Below are positions 35,110-47,591 of a stretch of 64,000 bases of DNA, in pieces. The notes under the pieces are model-generated. The model did not search any database. It was not told the DNA's origin and worked only from the letters and a program-made list of their open reading frames with translations. Position 1 is the first letter of the stretch. Each line of letters starts with the position of its first letter. The stretch comes from Tubiluchus corallicola (lineage: Eukaryota; Animalia; Priapulida). A program made the translations under genes and the position numbers. Where the stretch lies: the NCBI GenBank assembly GCA_030141605.1, contig JAQGDQ010000341.1:62001-126000 (forward strand). Direction: 5' to 3'.

Positions 35110-38100
35110 ATGAGATTTAACGAGGAATGTTCCGGTAGACCGTGGTGCGTGGTCAGATACGCATACGCTTTCAGACGGTTTCTGTTGCCGTCAGTTCATG
35201 CAGCCGAGCCAAATGCAGAAGTCGACTCTGTGACCCTGGCGGCAGCTAGCACGGAAGGTGATATTTTGGTCTACAATGCTATATGTTAATGAACTCTTTA
35301 TTCTTACCTGGTAGTCACTATTTTAATCTGTAGCTTGCTTTGACTTTTGGTCATTTATGATGCAGATTAGTAATAATAAAAGCGTATTGATTTTTTTTTT
35401 GTAACTTTACTGTCAATCTGTGTTTTTTATAGTCATTCATTGGAGTTCATTACATTTGGAATTTATATAAAATGAATAGTAAAGCAGCTGCATTTTGAAA
35501 ACTGGTTTAGTTATTTTTGATCGTCCCATTGCCAGGCTTTCATGTGCTATAAGATAAAACGGAGATAAATTAAATTTTTCGTATTTCATTAGCACCGACT
35601 ACTAAACAATTTTCATTTGATTAGCAATAAGCAATTAACATTTTTTTGATTAACTATTACTCGGTAAATATTGAGAATACGTGAGGCCTCGCACACAAAT
35701 ATGTGGTTCAGTTACAAGTAAAATTAATGACAAATGGCAGTGATTCTGTTTTCTTTGCTTTAGACTCTTCAAAGTTTTTCACCTATTTCCACCTTGCACA
35801 CTGCTTTACCATATTTGGATGTACTTATAAATTTCAAAAATGCTGGCTGGCTTCTCTGCGGTTGTACAGCATATAGCTACATGCTAGTCATTATGAAATG
35901 AAGAGTGAAAGAGTGAAAAGGCTTCTGGCCATATAAGCGTGTTTTTTGTCACATTATTACATTTGAAAGCCCACTTTTTATATATACCCACTATAAATGG
36001 CTTGGTATTTTGTACCTCGTACGTTATTCTTGCCCATTCATGGAAAAGACGCGAAACATGGTGATCTTTACGGCAATGCACGCGTTCGAAATTCGTTACT
36101 TAATTTATAAGTTTCTTTTTGTGAAAATAATTGTGAATTTTTTGTGTCATCATAATAGTGCATTAAAAAAACTCCAGTGTCTGTTGAGGTTATATAGGCC
36201 TTTAAATGGTGTAGGTAGATTACCTAATCTTTCTGAAATTAATACTGAGTATAATCTCTTTTTATTACAGTCTACATTCTCCTTAATGTGTTTTTTGAGG
36301 CCTAAGGAAATTGCTATCAGGTACAAGAAATAAGCTTGCATATGATAGTTACATGATTGTATGTAAGACTGTTAGTACATTGGAGTTCTTCAGGTTGTAA
36401 TATCTGACTTGAATTCACTGGAAATCTGAATTGAGGAGATTCGACTTTGATCATGTCTAAAGTCGTTGAATATCAAGTAATTGAATAGGTTATCCTCTTT
36501 TTTCGCAAACATACTTCATTATCAGTGTAATTATATTTTCAGAGCCGGATGCTGTTGAACCATCGTCGACATCAGCGTCTCTTTCTTCGATGGCCAAGTC
36601 TGCGTTGCAGATTGTCTCTACAAGATTCATCCCAGAAAAAAAGTTTTATGACTTACCAACCGAGGAAACCGGTTTTGATCGGATTAAAAACATATTTATA
36701 AATGAGTAAGTGTCTGATGTGTGAATCTACCTTCAATGTGACTTTACTTTCAATGTGTGAATTTATGATTCGTGGAGGAAACTTACAAGTTTGATTGCAC
36801 GAATGTTTTGATTGTCGATTAATAAAGTATTATTCATTAATAAAGTATTATTCATTTAGGTAATTTGAAGAGAGATGTAGATTTTCCTAACCTCATGATT
36901 GTGAATATGAGGAAATTTAGGAGAACTGTGTATTTGCAGCAATTATTAGTTACTTTAAATCACAAGAAAATCCTTTACTTACATAAATCTAAAAAAAGCC
37001 GTTTGAAGTTTTATACCACTTGCATGTTGTCTTATTGTATACAGAGCTTGCTTTAGTAGTAATGCTGCGTAAAACTTGTAAACTTAAACTCCAATACTGA
37101 CCGTTAGGTGCAGCAATTTTGATGGTAAGTTGTTTGATACAAGTTTAGATAAGGTTGCGTAAAGTTTGAAAAAATAATCAGAGATCAGCGGCGCCCATTT
37201 TTCTAACTAAGCAAAATTTTAAGTTAGTGTATCTTGTCAATAAGATTAAAAATAGGTTTTTTTGGTACACTAATACTGCGCACTGAGAACGTGAGTCAGC
37301 GATATCTTACCAATTGGCGCGGACATTTTAAATTCTCAAAAATTTTCTTTTCTAGTTGCACGAGCCTTTTAAGCAGGTAGCGCAATGCTAAATAATGTTA
37401 AGTAATGTAACTTTGTATGCAAATTTTTTTGAGATATACAGGGTGTCTATAAAGTCTCTCTACAATTTAAAAATTTATTACAAAGGCAGTTGACAAGATT
37501 CGATAACTAGATTTGTTCTAATGTAATCAGTGGTTGTCAAAGTTTTTTTAACTCATTTAATACACCTCTATATGGGCACCATTACTTGCACGAAGCACAT
37601 CAAGACGGTACTTGATTTCTTGCCATGTTTGCTGTAGCATAGCCTCATCAATGGTGGCAATGGCATCAGAAATCCGCCCTTTGCTTCAAGTCAGTAATGT
37701 CTCGTATCTTTGTTCGATACATGATGTCTTTCACATAGCCCCATGGATTTCTTCCGTACTTAGTTCTGTAGTTTCGCTCTGTCTGCACATACAATTTTAT
37801 TTCAATAAACCATGATACACACTGTGCCTTCTCTTGAGGGGTACCCATTTTGAGGCTTCAGTTAACAATACCCTTCTACCATCAGGAGACCTACATAAAA
37901 TGCAAAATTTCAATGTGATCTCAAACTTAAATAAACACTGAATAAAACAAAACAGATATGTTAAGATATCTTGTCAACTGCCGTGTAATAAATTTTTAAA
38001 ATTGTAAAGGACTTGATAGACTTTATAGTTTAACATTGCCCTTTCTTCCCCTATAACCTATAATAATTAGGGAAACCAAGTAATAATAATCATGTCCAGA

Positions 38101-40471
38101 TTTAAGTCTTGAGTTGTGTTTTAAATCAGCATATGATGAAGAAACTAAACTAAGAAGATGAAGAAAGGAAGCTGCATTCGGGGGCGTTGTGTAATTCAAG
38201 AACATTTGACAACTTCACCAAATAACTTGTAGGCCTGTGATGATACATAATGCATTGAGAAACCTTTTGTGACAATACATGACTTGGTGTTATCGTAATA
38301 AAATAGAAAAAGTATAAATGGAAATCAAACAGTTTGCTGAATTATTTTAACACTTAACAGTCTTAACATTGTTTGAGTAGTCTAATATATATATATATAT
38401 ATACATATAGAATATATCAACAGCTTAATCTACTTTTTTATTAAAGCTTGCGAATGTTAACAGTGTGTATACATATCGTATCGTGTGGTTAGTACCGTGA
38501 CTTAGGTGTATCGTTACAGCCCTAGTAACTTGATATATGGTTTTACCTTATTATGCTTTCAGTGAGTTTGATCAGCATAGTGTGGAACTGGAATGGACGT
38601 GGAATGCACTGACAGCTGGTTTCTCTACGGGTTTCGTACTAGGTGCATTCTTTGAGTTTCGCAGAGCGGGAGAAAGGTTTACCAAGCGCCACGAACTTAC
38701 TCGCTTTGAATCGAAGTTTGAGGCTCACGTATGTAGTTTAAGCATAGCGGTTATTACATTCTCTGATGTGATTAGGCGTTAGAATGATGCTATTTACACA
38801 TCCAATAATTATGTAAGTCAAAATATTCCATGTTTAACATTTACGTTTCACAAGTTTATATACCTTAGTTACCACCAGATGAGTAAGTAAGTAAGCTATT
38901 TATTGTCATTATAGCATAATGCATACAATGAAATTTATGTGGTTTTACATACTGCAATAACTTATAGAAGCAACAAAGAGATTAACACAAATAATTCAGT
39001 CAGTTGTACAGCAACATAAATAATTAATATTGGAGATTTACTGAAATTTACTGTTGATGGTGCGAATTGCAATGGAATAAAAAGAATTTAAAGTTCTTGT
39101 GGTTAATTGAGCGGAATCTACGACCAGAGGGGAGCGTTTCAAAATATTTATTATCTGGATGGAATTCATCTTTCACGATAACAGGCGCTCTCTTTGCAAC
39201 CCTAGTTTCATACAAATAGGCCATAGATTGCTGTTCAATTTCTATAATTTTTGAGACGGATTTAACAACTTGATCAAGAGCATTGCGGTCTCCCTGCGTA
39301 GTAGCGCCATACCAAACAGTGAGGGAAGTTGCTAAGACGCTTTCGATTACTGAGCGATAAAAACTCTCCATCACAGCTGGGGAAATGTTAAATGATTTGA
39401 GTTGTCTTAAAAACTACAAATGCTGGCGCGCCTTTTTTACACAACAGAGCACATTAGCTTCCCATTTGAAATCATCTGAAAGCTTTATTCCCTGAAATCT
39501 TTAACAATCTCTACAGCTGTATTCTTTATAAGCAAAGGTGTTTTTCCATCAGTCTCTTTTATAAAATCTACGATAAGTTTTTTTGTTTTTGAAACATTCA
39601 GTTCCAAATTATTGTGTTCGCACCATTGTGTTAAATTTTGAACTTCCTGAAAATAATTAGTCTCGTTGTTACTGCAAATAAGGCCAGCCAGACAGACAGT
39701 GTGTAAGAAAACGTTACTAACAGTATTGGTTCATAGTACCTGTATCGTCTAAATGGCAGTGTAATTATTGATTTTTGTTTAAATGAAGTCTCATTCTCTC
39801 TGTGAAGTGTACAGTTTTTTAACATGCAAAACTTTGCTGATAAAGGCTTTGAAAACTTCATCCAGAGTGATTGTTTAAACATTGCAAAACTTGAACAAAC
39901 AAAATTAGTTTTCATTGTTTACTAGAAGTGGGATTTGTTTGTAATCGATTACTTCGATTACTTTTCTACTAGTCTTTAGTAATCATATACTAAACAATTA
40001 CTTTTGTCTCAATGAATTTATAATATATGTAAATGAATTTATAAACGATGCAATGTTTATTGTCAAGAAAGGACTGCGTTCTTAAATCAAATTTCAGATA
40101 TTTCTCCAGAATTCTCATCCATGTGTGATATTGATGAGTTTATATTTTTAAACAAAAGAGAGATGTGGAAGCTAAGAAATTGTTAATTAAATATATGCAT
40201 GAAATGTCAACAATACGTGATTATACGTGATTGTTCAAAATATATATATATATGTAGATGTGTTTGTTATAAATTATGGTATTCTTTTTATCAACTACGC
40301 TTCAAAGAGCCCTGTATTTGTAGGGACTTGTTCCTGTTTGCATTGTTTATTTAAGTGATTTGTTAATTGTACTTGTGCATATGTTTGTGAAATAAAGCGT
40401 TTATTATTATTATTTATCATTATTATTATTACTATTATTATTATTGTTATTATTATTATTATTATTATTAT

Positions 40472-40503
<32 letters not shown>

Positions 40504-43500
40504 CTACTACTACTACTACTATTATTATTATTATTATTATTATTACTATTATTATAGTTTGAAATCTGAAAAATGCAAATTGTGTTTGAAATAATGTGTG
40601 ACACAGGAAAATCGCATATGTAAACACTAAGCACTGTCGAACAGTAAGCTCGCATAGCTCCACCTTCAGTGTCTTCAGTTAAGCTTTAGCATGCATGTAA
40701 GCGACCCGGCCACAACGCGTAAAATTGTTTTCTTTATTTTCAGAAACGACTTCAGGATAATCTTACATTTAGTATATTGAGAAAGGGCTGGAGTTCCGGT
40801 TGGAGGTTGGGTGCTTTTACAGGGCTTTTCATGTAAGTTTTGCATTATCTTTCACACTCTGAAAGTGTATAAACATGTTAAGGACGGGGGAGGGGGCGTT
40901 CACATGGATGTGCGCAAAGAATAGGGCATTTCAGACAGATCTAATGTTATATGTGTAACTTGGCTTTCAGATGAATTAATTTACAGGACGTAACATGTAG
41001 TCACTGTGTCTTACTCAATATTTGCTGGGACGAATAGCCAAATGATGATGCATGTGTGCTTTATGACCAAAGTTAAGCAGTACTGTGACTGGCCAGCAAA
41101 TGGATCTGCTGGTGTTTTCATTTGTCATATTAAACGCTTTTAAGAAATTTTTATAGCTCTCTGGAAACACCAGAGAAGTTGGGATACAAGTCACTAACTA
41201 TTTTTAAAAGAACACCTTCAGAATGAGAATGGTTTAGTATCTGTTACCAATTTGGGGGCTTTTTCACTACTGGAATTATAACATTTATATGATTGTGATC
41301 AACAAGGAATTTGATTCTGAGCTGACTCACTACATTAAATGATGGACCTGTGAGCTTGTATACAAGCCGTGTAAGCTTCATTATGCGGGTAAATAAGACA
41401 GTATTATACTATTCGTGCGTTGCTAATCATGATGGTTTCAATTTAATTCTGAAGTTGTGCCTTCAAATGAAGACTAAGCTTTAAAAGTCATTGTGCGTTA
41501 ATGTTGCTGTTTTTGTGGTCATTCTTGTTGACTTTGACAAAAACTTGAATATGCTGATAGTGACGATGATGGCAGCGGTAATCATGATGTGTGATATGAT
41601 GCTGAGCGGTAGAACATATTATGTCAGTTTTTCTGTGGAAAAATAAACCCAAGTTGGATTTATTTATGTTTATTTTCAGCTTAACTAGTAGTATGTGTTC
41701 TGTGTATCGAAATAAATCTAGCGTTACGGACTTCATTTTTGGAGGAATTGTTACTGGCGCTCTCTATAAGACAAATTTTGGACTTCGCGGAATGTTTGCC
41801 GGCGGTCTTTTGGGTGGAACTTTGGGGTATGTTGTGCTTTCTCAGCTTTTTAAAAATGATGTCTAGTTAATTGTTTAATCAGTAAATAAGTTCATAAAAG
41901 ATTTTAAATGAATGTCCGTCTTCGAGTACTACACTATTGGAAAAACAAGTACAGCTTAGCTGCTAAACCAGTGATAATTGAGAGCTGTAGCTTTATTAAA
42001 GCACAAGAAAACCCTCCACTTACATTAAGCTTAAAAAATTGTCTCGAAATTTTATACCACTTACATACTACCTTTTCGTATACATGAGTTGCATTGGCCA
42101 TAACGCTGTATAAAACGTGTAAATTTAAACTCCCGCGATGACCGTTAGGCGCTGCCATTTTAATCGTAGATCGTTTGAAACAAGTTTTGATAACATTGAG
42201 TAAAGTTTGAAAAAATTATCAGAGCATTCATAGCATACATGTTGCTAATTAAGTAAAACATTAAATTACTGTATCTTGTCAATAAGATTAAAAATACCTT
42301 TTTGGCTAGTGAGTGGCGCATCCTGGAGGATGAGTCAGTGACATTTTACCAATTGGCACGAACATTTTAAATCATTAGTCTAGTTACACAAGTCTTTCCA
42401 GCAGGTAAATGAAATGCTAAGTAATATAGATTTGCACAGTAAGTTTTTTGGGTCATAATTTAACATTGCTTTTTCTTCCCCTGATATACGTGTTTTAGTG
42501 ATGTCATTTTAAATTTTCATTTTATTTCTTAGGCTTGTAGGCGGATCTGTGATATACAGTATGTTGTGGCTGTCTGGTACCCGATTTGAAGAGTTGAAGT
42601 TCTGGCAGAGGAAAGTGTTGATGCAGAAACATGCGTATGTATTCGTAGCTAAAAATATGAAACAATGAAGCATCATTATGAGACTATGAAAAGTGCTGTG
42701 CTTTTACTCCGTGTTTGGATTTAAAAGTGAACTTTTGCTATGTAATTGCTGTGGATTTATGGCACCAAGATTTGGGAAATTGCTTTACCGGTGAAAAATA
42801 ATGAGAGAACAAAAATGGCTTTTTATTTTATTTTTTATGGTATATAAATCCGTCACACTGACCTAAGACCTCACTATCTTAGAAATAGGCCACATTGCTC
42901 ACAGCATTACATCTTGGTTTAAACATAATTTATTGAAGATGTAGCATATGCTAGGTTTGAAACAGACAGTATATTAGTTGTGTTCTGTCCTGGTGGGAGT
43001 GAATGCTAGACAGTTGTAGAACAATGGTGACCACACACAATGTACAAAAAATGTTGCAATAAATATGAACATTACTATGTAACAAGAGTAAACAAAGTTA
43101 ATATCATTTAAAGCCTTAAGTGTTTGAAATAAAAGACTGCACTAAAACAAAAATTTGAGTGTTCACAGAATTATCTAGGGTATGGTTCCCATGCAGGAAC
43201 AAACGTACAAGTTCATTTGTTGCAAGACTGTAAACATTGATGTTAAAAGCTGACGAAAGAGTGCAGAGATTTGTAAATGAGTCATGTTTGGCCTGATGGT
43301 AAAGGGGGCAGCTAATTAAGTAATGACCGACTGTTTTATAAGTAGAACCACATTGACAATTAGGTGATACTAACGATCCATTGTAATTTTTACATTTTCT
43401 GAAGTATAAATCATAATTAAGTTGGCAAAAACCAACTCTCATTCTGGTATCGTGTACAGATAAATTTCGAATACCACTTGAAAAGTAAGTAGGCCACTTA

Positions 43501-45496
43501 TTAAAACACGTGTGATTCTTTAGTCGAGATTTAAAGTTGTTTAGAGTTAGAATTATGGATACTAGGAGGTAAATTATTCCAGCATTTAACTGGGGCAAGA
43601 AAAAAGAATTAGCAAAAGCAGTTGAGTGGCAGGAGTAATTAGAAAAGTTTTAATTATTATGAAACGGATACATTGTAATATCCCTTAACGAGGAGGCAAA
43701 ATATTAAAAAGGTAGTGGGAAACAAAGTGATTCACAATTTTGTACATAAACGGAAATATTGGAAGCACTTAGAAAAGGGGTCTAGTAAAACAGTGCTACA
43801 TCTTAATAGCAGCACAGTTGAAAGGGCAAGTGATGTATTATAGTTTTGGTTGCAGAAAAATTTTGAGCATGTTCAAAGTGATTGCTGCTAGATGGTTGAA
43901 TTAATAGATAGCCGTAGAAATACAGTGTGGTTTTGATGTGTTACGAGCTTTTGCTCTGTCGTGCTAAGATCCTTACAGATGTAATATCAGTGCATTTCAG
44001 GCTATAATTTCGCGTTTGTTCCTGCCTGCTTTGCACTTATAATATGATTCGACTATGTTTATTGGATTTTAGTACAGCAGAAAAGTAGCCAGTGATAGCG
44101 CAGAAGCAGCACATCTTTTCTTTTGCCGTGATTTTTAAAAACTGAGCCACCATCATTGAGAAATACTTTATTTCGCATGGATGTAGGCAGGTCCTTATAG
44201 TTGTCATGCGGTGTGACGGTATCTTGACTGATAAGCTGTAAGAGCTTTTTGAGCGATACCTACAAATTGCTTACTTAATTTTTGTGGTGCAAGACAGCAA
44301 TTCACTGCAGACTAATGAATATGTACCAAGCTGTTGGCAGTTTCTTTAGTGCTGATTAGGCAGTCCAAGTAATTTAGATTTGCACAAGTTCAACTGTACC
44401 GTGTTTATTGCATGAGGTTAATTGTGAGCACGTCCAGCTTTATTATAGGCACTTTGCTGAGCATGTTAGGATTGGAGAATGGCGTTGACAAGTTAAAAGT
44501 TATTATTAGTATTAATTAAGAAAATGATTATTATAACTTTTAGTAGAACAAAAGCGTAAATCTTACTTCAACATCTGTAGTAATTTCCCAGGTGTGCTAG
44601 CAAACTTGCTGATACAGATACACTGTTGTTATTATGGAAAGGAATTCTCTGTTTGTTGTCTTGTTTTTTATCTTTTTGAGGATACAAAAAATTAAATCTT
44701 AATTCAAAAACAACAATTACTTTTTAATCAGTGAATTGACTAGTTTTATCTGCTAGCTTTTATACATGATCTGGTATGAGTCTTGGCCTATTCAAGCCGT
44801 TGAACCATAAGGAATCACTGTGCAAATGAAGTACAGCAAGGTGCATTAGCTCCAACTTACAAAGACAATCATGCTAAGCTGATTACAGCTACATTTTGTT
44901 ACACCATGGTGCACCTTTGTTGCACCTAACTTTTCAACTCTAAAGAAAAACAAGTTACTATGCAGTAAAATGAGTCAGCTGCCCATTCTTGTGCATGTCT
45001 TCTCAAGAAACATTTTTCTTTTTTCCTGAAAAGTTGCAGGAAAAATGAGTTGCATTTGGTCAGTTTAATAAATTACTTGTGCCCATTGTTATCGTCCTCA
45101 GTTGAATTTTGCTAACAGAAAGACGGAAATAGCGCTACTAACGCTATGGATATCTTTTATAGCTAATTTATAAGATGAGAAAAGTAAATTTACAACCCAG
45201 AGAGACATTGTTTAGGTGCAGGATCTGTAATTTTAGGTGCTGGATCTGCTTCCATCACAGACTTGGCATACTTTAACCACTGGAGCAAGGGATATGTATC
45301 TGCCTATCTGTGTCTAATTTAGTTAAGCTTTCAAGTCAAGTTTTGTTAAACGACTATTAGAATGTTACTGTATACTTTCAGAGAAATTCTTGATTCAAGA
45401 AGAAAGCATGACGAAAGCAAGAAAGAGTTTTTTGGATCGGTACAAAAATCGTTCAGTGTTGTACAAGCTGATGAATCATCTGATGCCAACAAATAG
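35110..45496 (+). CDS. TIMMDC1: Complex I assembly factor TIMMDC1 (Tim17 family); coding exons 35110-35257, 36543-36705, 38563-38728, 40744-40832, 41680-41826, 42533-42634, 45382-45496 (309 aa)
   Basis: All six GT-AG introns join in phase; LLPSVHAAE, ETGFDRIKNIF, RFESKFEAHKRLQD, GWSSGWRLGAFTGLF, SVYRNKSS…GGIVTGALYK…GLRGMFAGGLLGGTLG match TIMMDC1/RPII140-upstream proteins. Confidence 0.92.
37095..38052. mobile_element. Internal fragment of the Kolobok-type element, split by a nested mariner
   Basis: 37095-37436 and 38023-38052 are collinear with 19450-19815. Confidence 0.7.
37439..38021 (-). mobile_element. Internally deleted Tc1/mariner element
   Basis: TA|CAGGGTGTCTATAAAGTC left TIR, matching right TIR lacking its tip; minus strand encodes a transposase N-terminus (MGTPQEKAQCVSWF) fused to its C-terminus (WGYVKD…DLKQR…TWQEIKYRLDVLRASNGAHIEVY). 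Confidence 0.88.
38882..39630 (-). mobile_element. Rex1/Babar-like LINE 3' remnant (TIMMDC1 intron)
   Basis: FYRSVIESVL…TVWYG…HP…FETLPSGRRFRSI; short tandem tail (CTTA)n at ~38882-38895. Confidence 0.8.
40401..40556. repeat. (ATT)n/(ACT)n microsatellite
   Basis: Direct inspection; explains the poly-I and poly-N ORFs. Confidence 0.97.
42000..42490. mobile_element. Truncated second copy of the Kolobok-type element (TIMMDC1 intron)
   Basis: TTAA|AGCACAAGAAACCCTCCACTTACAT is identical to the start at 19318; collinear for ~490 bp. Confidence 0.85.
43050..43900 (-). mobile_element. LINE 3' remnant (CR1/RTEX-like, with C-x-C…H…C motif)
   Basis: HDTRMRVGFCQLNYDLY…SPNCQCGS…TVGHYLISCPLY…LFLHGN…NTQIFVLVQSFI. 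Confidence 0.7.
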
Positions 45497-46348
45497 TCGG
45501 CTGTTAAAGAAGTTGTGTATCACTACAGAGTAAGTGCTTTCATATCATTTTGTTCTTTTTTGCAGCTTTATCAATTCCCCATGCAGTTTAAAAATCCTCA
45601 CCAATCTTAACTCTAACCCAAACCCTTATCCCTAATCTGCTTCTTGAACTAATTTCTTGTGTGTGGGGAATTGTAAACTTTAGCTGCTTTATCTTCTGAC
45701 ACGATAGTTTAGCTGAGTACGTGTTCGTGAAAGATAACAAAAAAAATATTTTCATTATGCAAAACTACGTATGACTAACTTAGGTCTTTGTTCTTTATTT
45801 TTGGATGCTCTTATGTTTCTTACTGTGTGGGCAACATCCACATAGTAAGAAAAAACAGCAGTAGTTTTAGAATAAAAATTATTTGTAAAATGATTTCATA
45901 TAAAGTAAATTATTTAACACTCATACTAATTACAGTTAAACCTCATTATAACGCCCCCATATTAATGGCAACTTCGCTTAAAGCCCAGACTTTTGGCAAA
46001 AAAAATTTTCTATATTTGCACAGACATGTATGTGTGTATTAACGCACCTTGTTATAATGCCGAACTCGCTGATCGCAAACTTTTTTGCAGTTCCATAGTA
46101 TCTAGCATAAACAAGCATGCAAAATGAAATTTGTCAGTGGTGGATTTCAGTTCACCTGCTTTATTATGAAGTGTTGTTTAGATTATTTAACGGTTCGTGT
46201 GTTTCGATTTTCAGTACTGTGTACAAAAAAATTAAAAAAAGTGAGCAGTATAATTTGCTAACAGCAATTATTTCTTTGACAGCTTGACTAAACTAAAATT
46301 ATTTGTCCTGTATGTTACATGTATAAACATCAGCTGGGCAATGAATGC

Positions 46349-46428
46349 TACAACACAACAACACTGTTACAACATAACAACACTGTAACAACATAACAAC
46401 ACTGTTACAACACAACAACACTGCAACA
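46349..46428. repeat. 19-bp minisatellite (acaacaYaacaacactgtW), ~4 copies
   Basis: Direct inspection. Confidence 0.85.
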
Positions 46429-47591
46429 AAAATCAAGAAAACGGACAGAAGCCTTGTTATTTTCCTCACATTTATAACATTTTATTGCATTTTAAAAATG
46501 TCAGAGTTGTGGCTAAGATACAAATGCATACAAGAACCATTTTTCAGGATTAAGTTGTTAATGCAAATGCATTTATAACAATTATACAGTGCAGACAGAA
46601 CAATACAATTTACTAAAAACAACAAAATCACCATTACACGATATCCGAATTGACTATAAAAAAGTAACAAATGGATAGAAATTATCACAGTAATTTGCAA
46701 ATAATGATATACACTGGAAAGTAGACACTGTACATAAGATACATATTTACAAAAACACTTTTAAGCTAATTAAATTATCGTAACTTAGTCAAGTGCATGG
46801 ACGTTTTTTGGTTAAACATGTTTTCTGGATAACTTTTTCAGTTTGTAGGCTAAATTATGCTGAAAAATGACATTCTAATAACTTCTGGCTTCTTAAATTC
46901 TTCATGCCTTATTACTAAGATTCTTGTATTCACCACGAAGCTAACTGTTGATAAATTGTATTTGCAATATGTATTTCTGGTAGAAGTATTTCTGCCTTTA
47001 CACATAAAGTGTGTATCAGAGCAATATAAGCGTGTATTTTGCATTTTCACTTTGCATAGCAACAGTTGCGAACGATTGTCGTGAAAATTTAGCTAAGAAA
47101 ACAAGGATGACCACAATGCATTCGCAACAACTTTTGCCGAGTATCAAAAGCTTTGACAGAAGTTGATAGTGTGCTAGCCATTTATTTGGCATACTAAGTA
47201 TCTATATGGCCGTTTGAATGAAAGTACTTAAAAACTGTTTAAATAATTTAGATTGTGAACATAAATCTTGGTAATTGTTCAATATGACTGTCCATTGTGA
47301 TTTTCAGATGCTTCAACCAAAAGCTGTCAGCATCGTGCAGATTTGTGCAACTTTAGCTGTGTTGCAGAATTGTCAAGTTAAACCAGAATGGAGGACAAAT
47401 GGAGAATCAACAACAATAAACTTCATTTGGAAAAGGCAAAACTTGCTAAAATTAAAATTGCTATTGAGTTTGCAAGATGTTCGCAGCGAAATCCGCTAAA
47501 CTTTTCAATCTTTTCCACTCAGATCAGTTTGAATTATCATATAAGAAAAGTGCTGTGACAAGAAACTGTTGTTGGTCGCACCCAAGTAGTG

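Noticed and set aside
40295-40663. Poly-Ile and poly-Asn ORFs (also poly-Leu ORF 22916-23128)
   Set aside because: Translations of trinucleotide microsatellites
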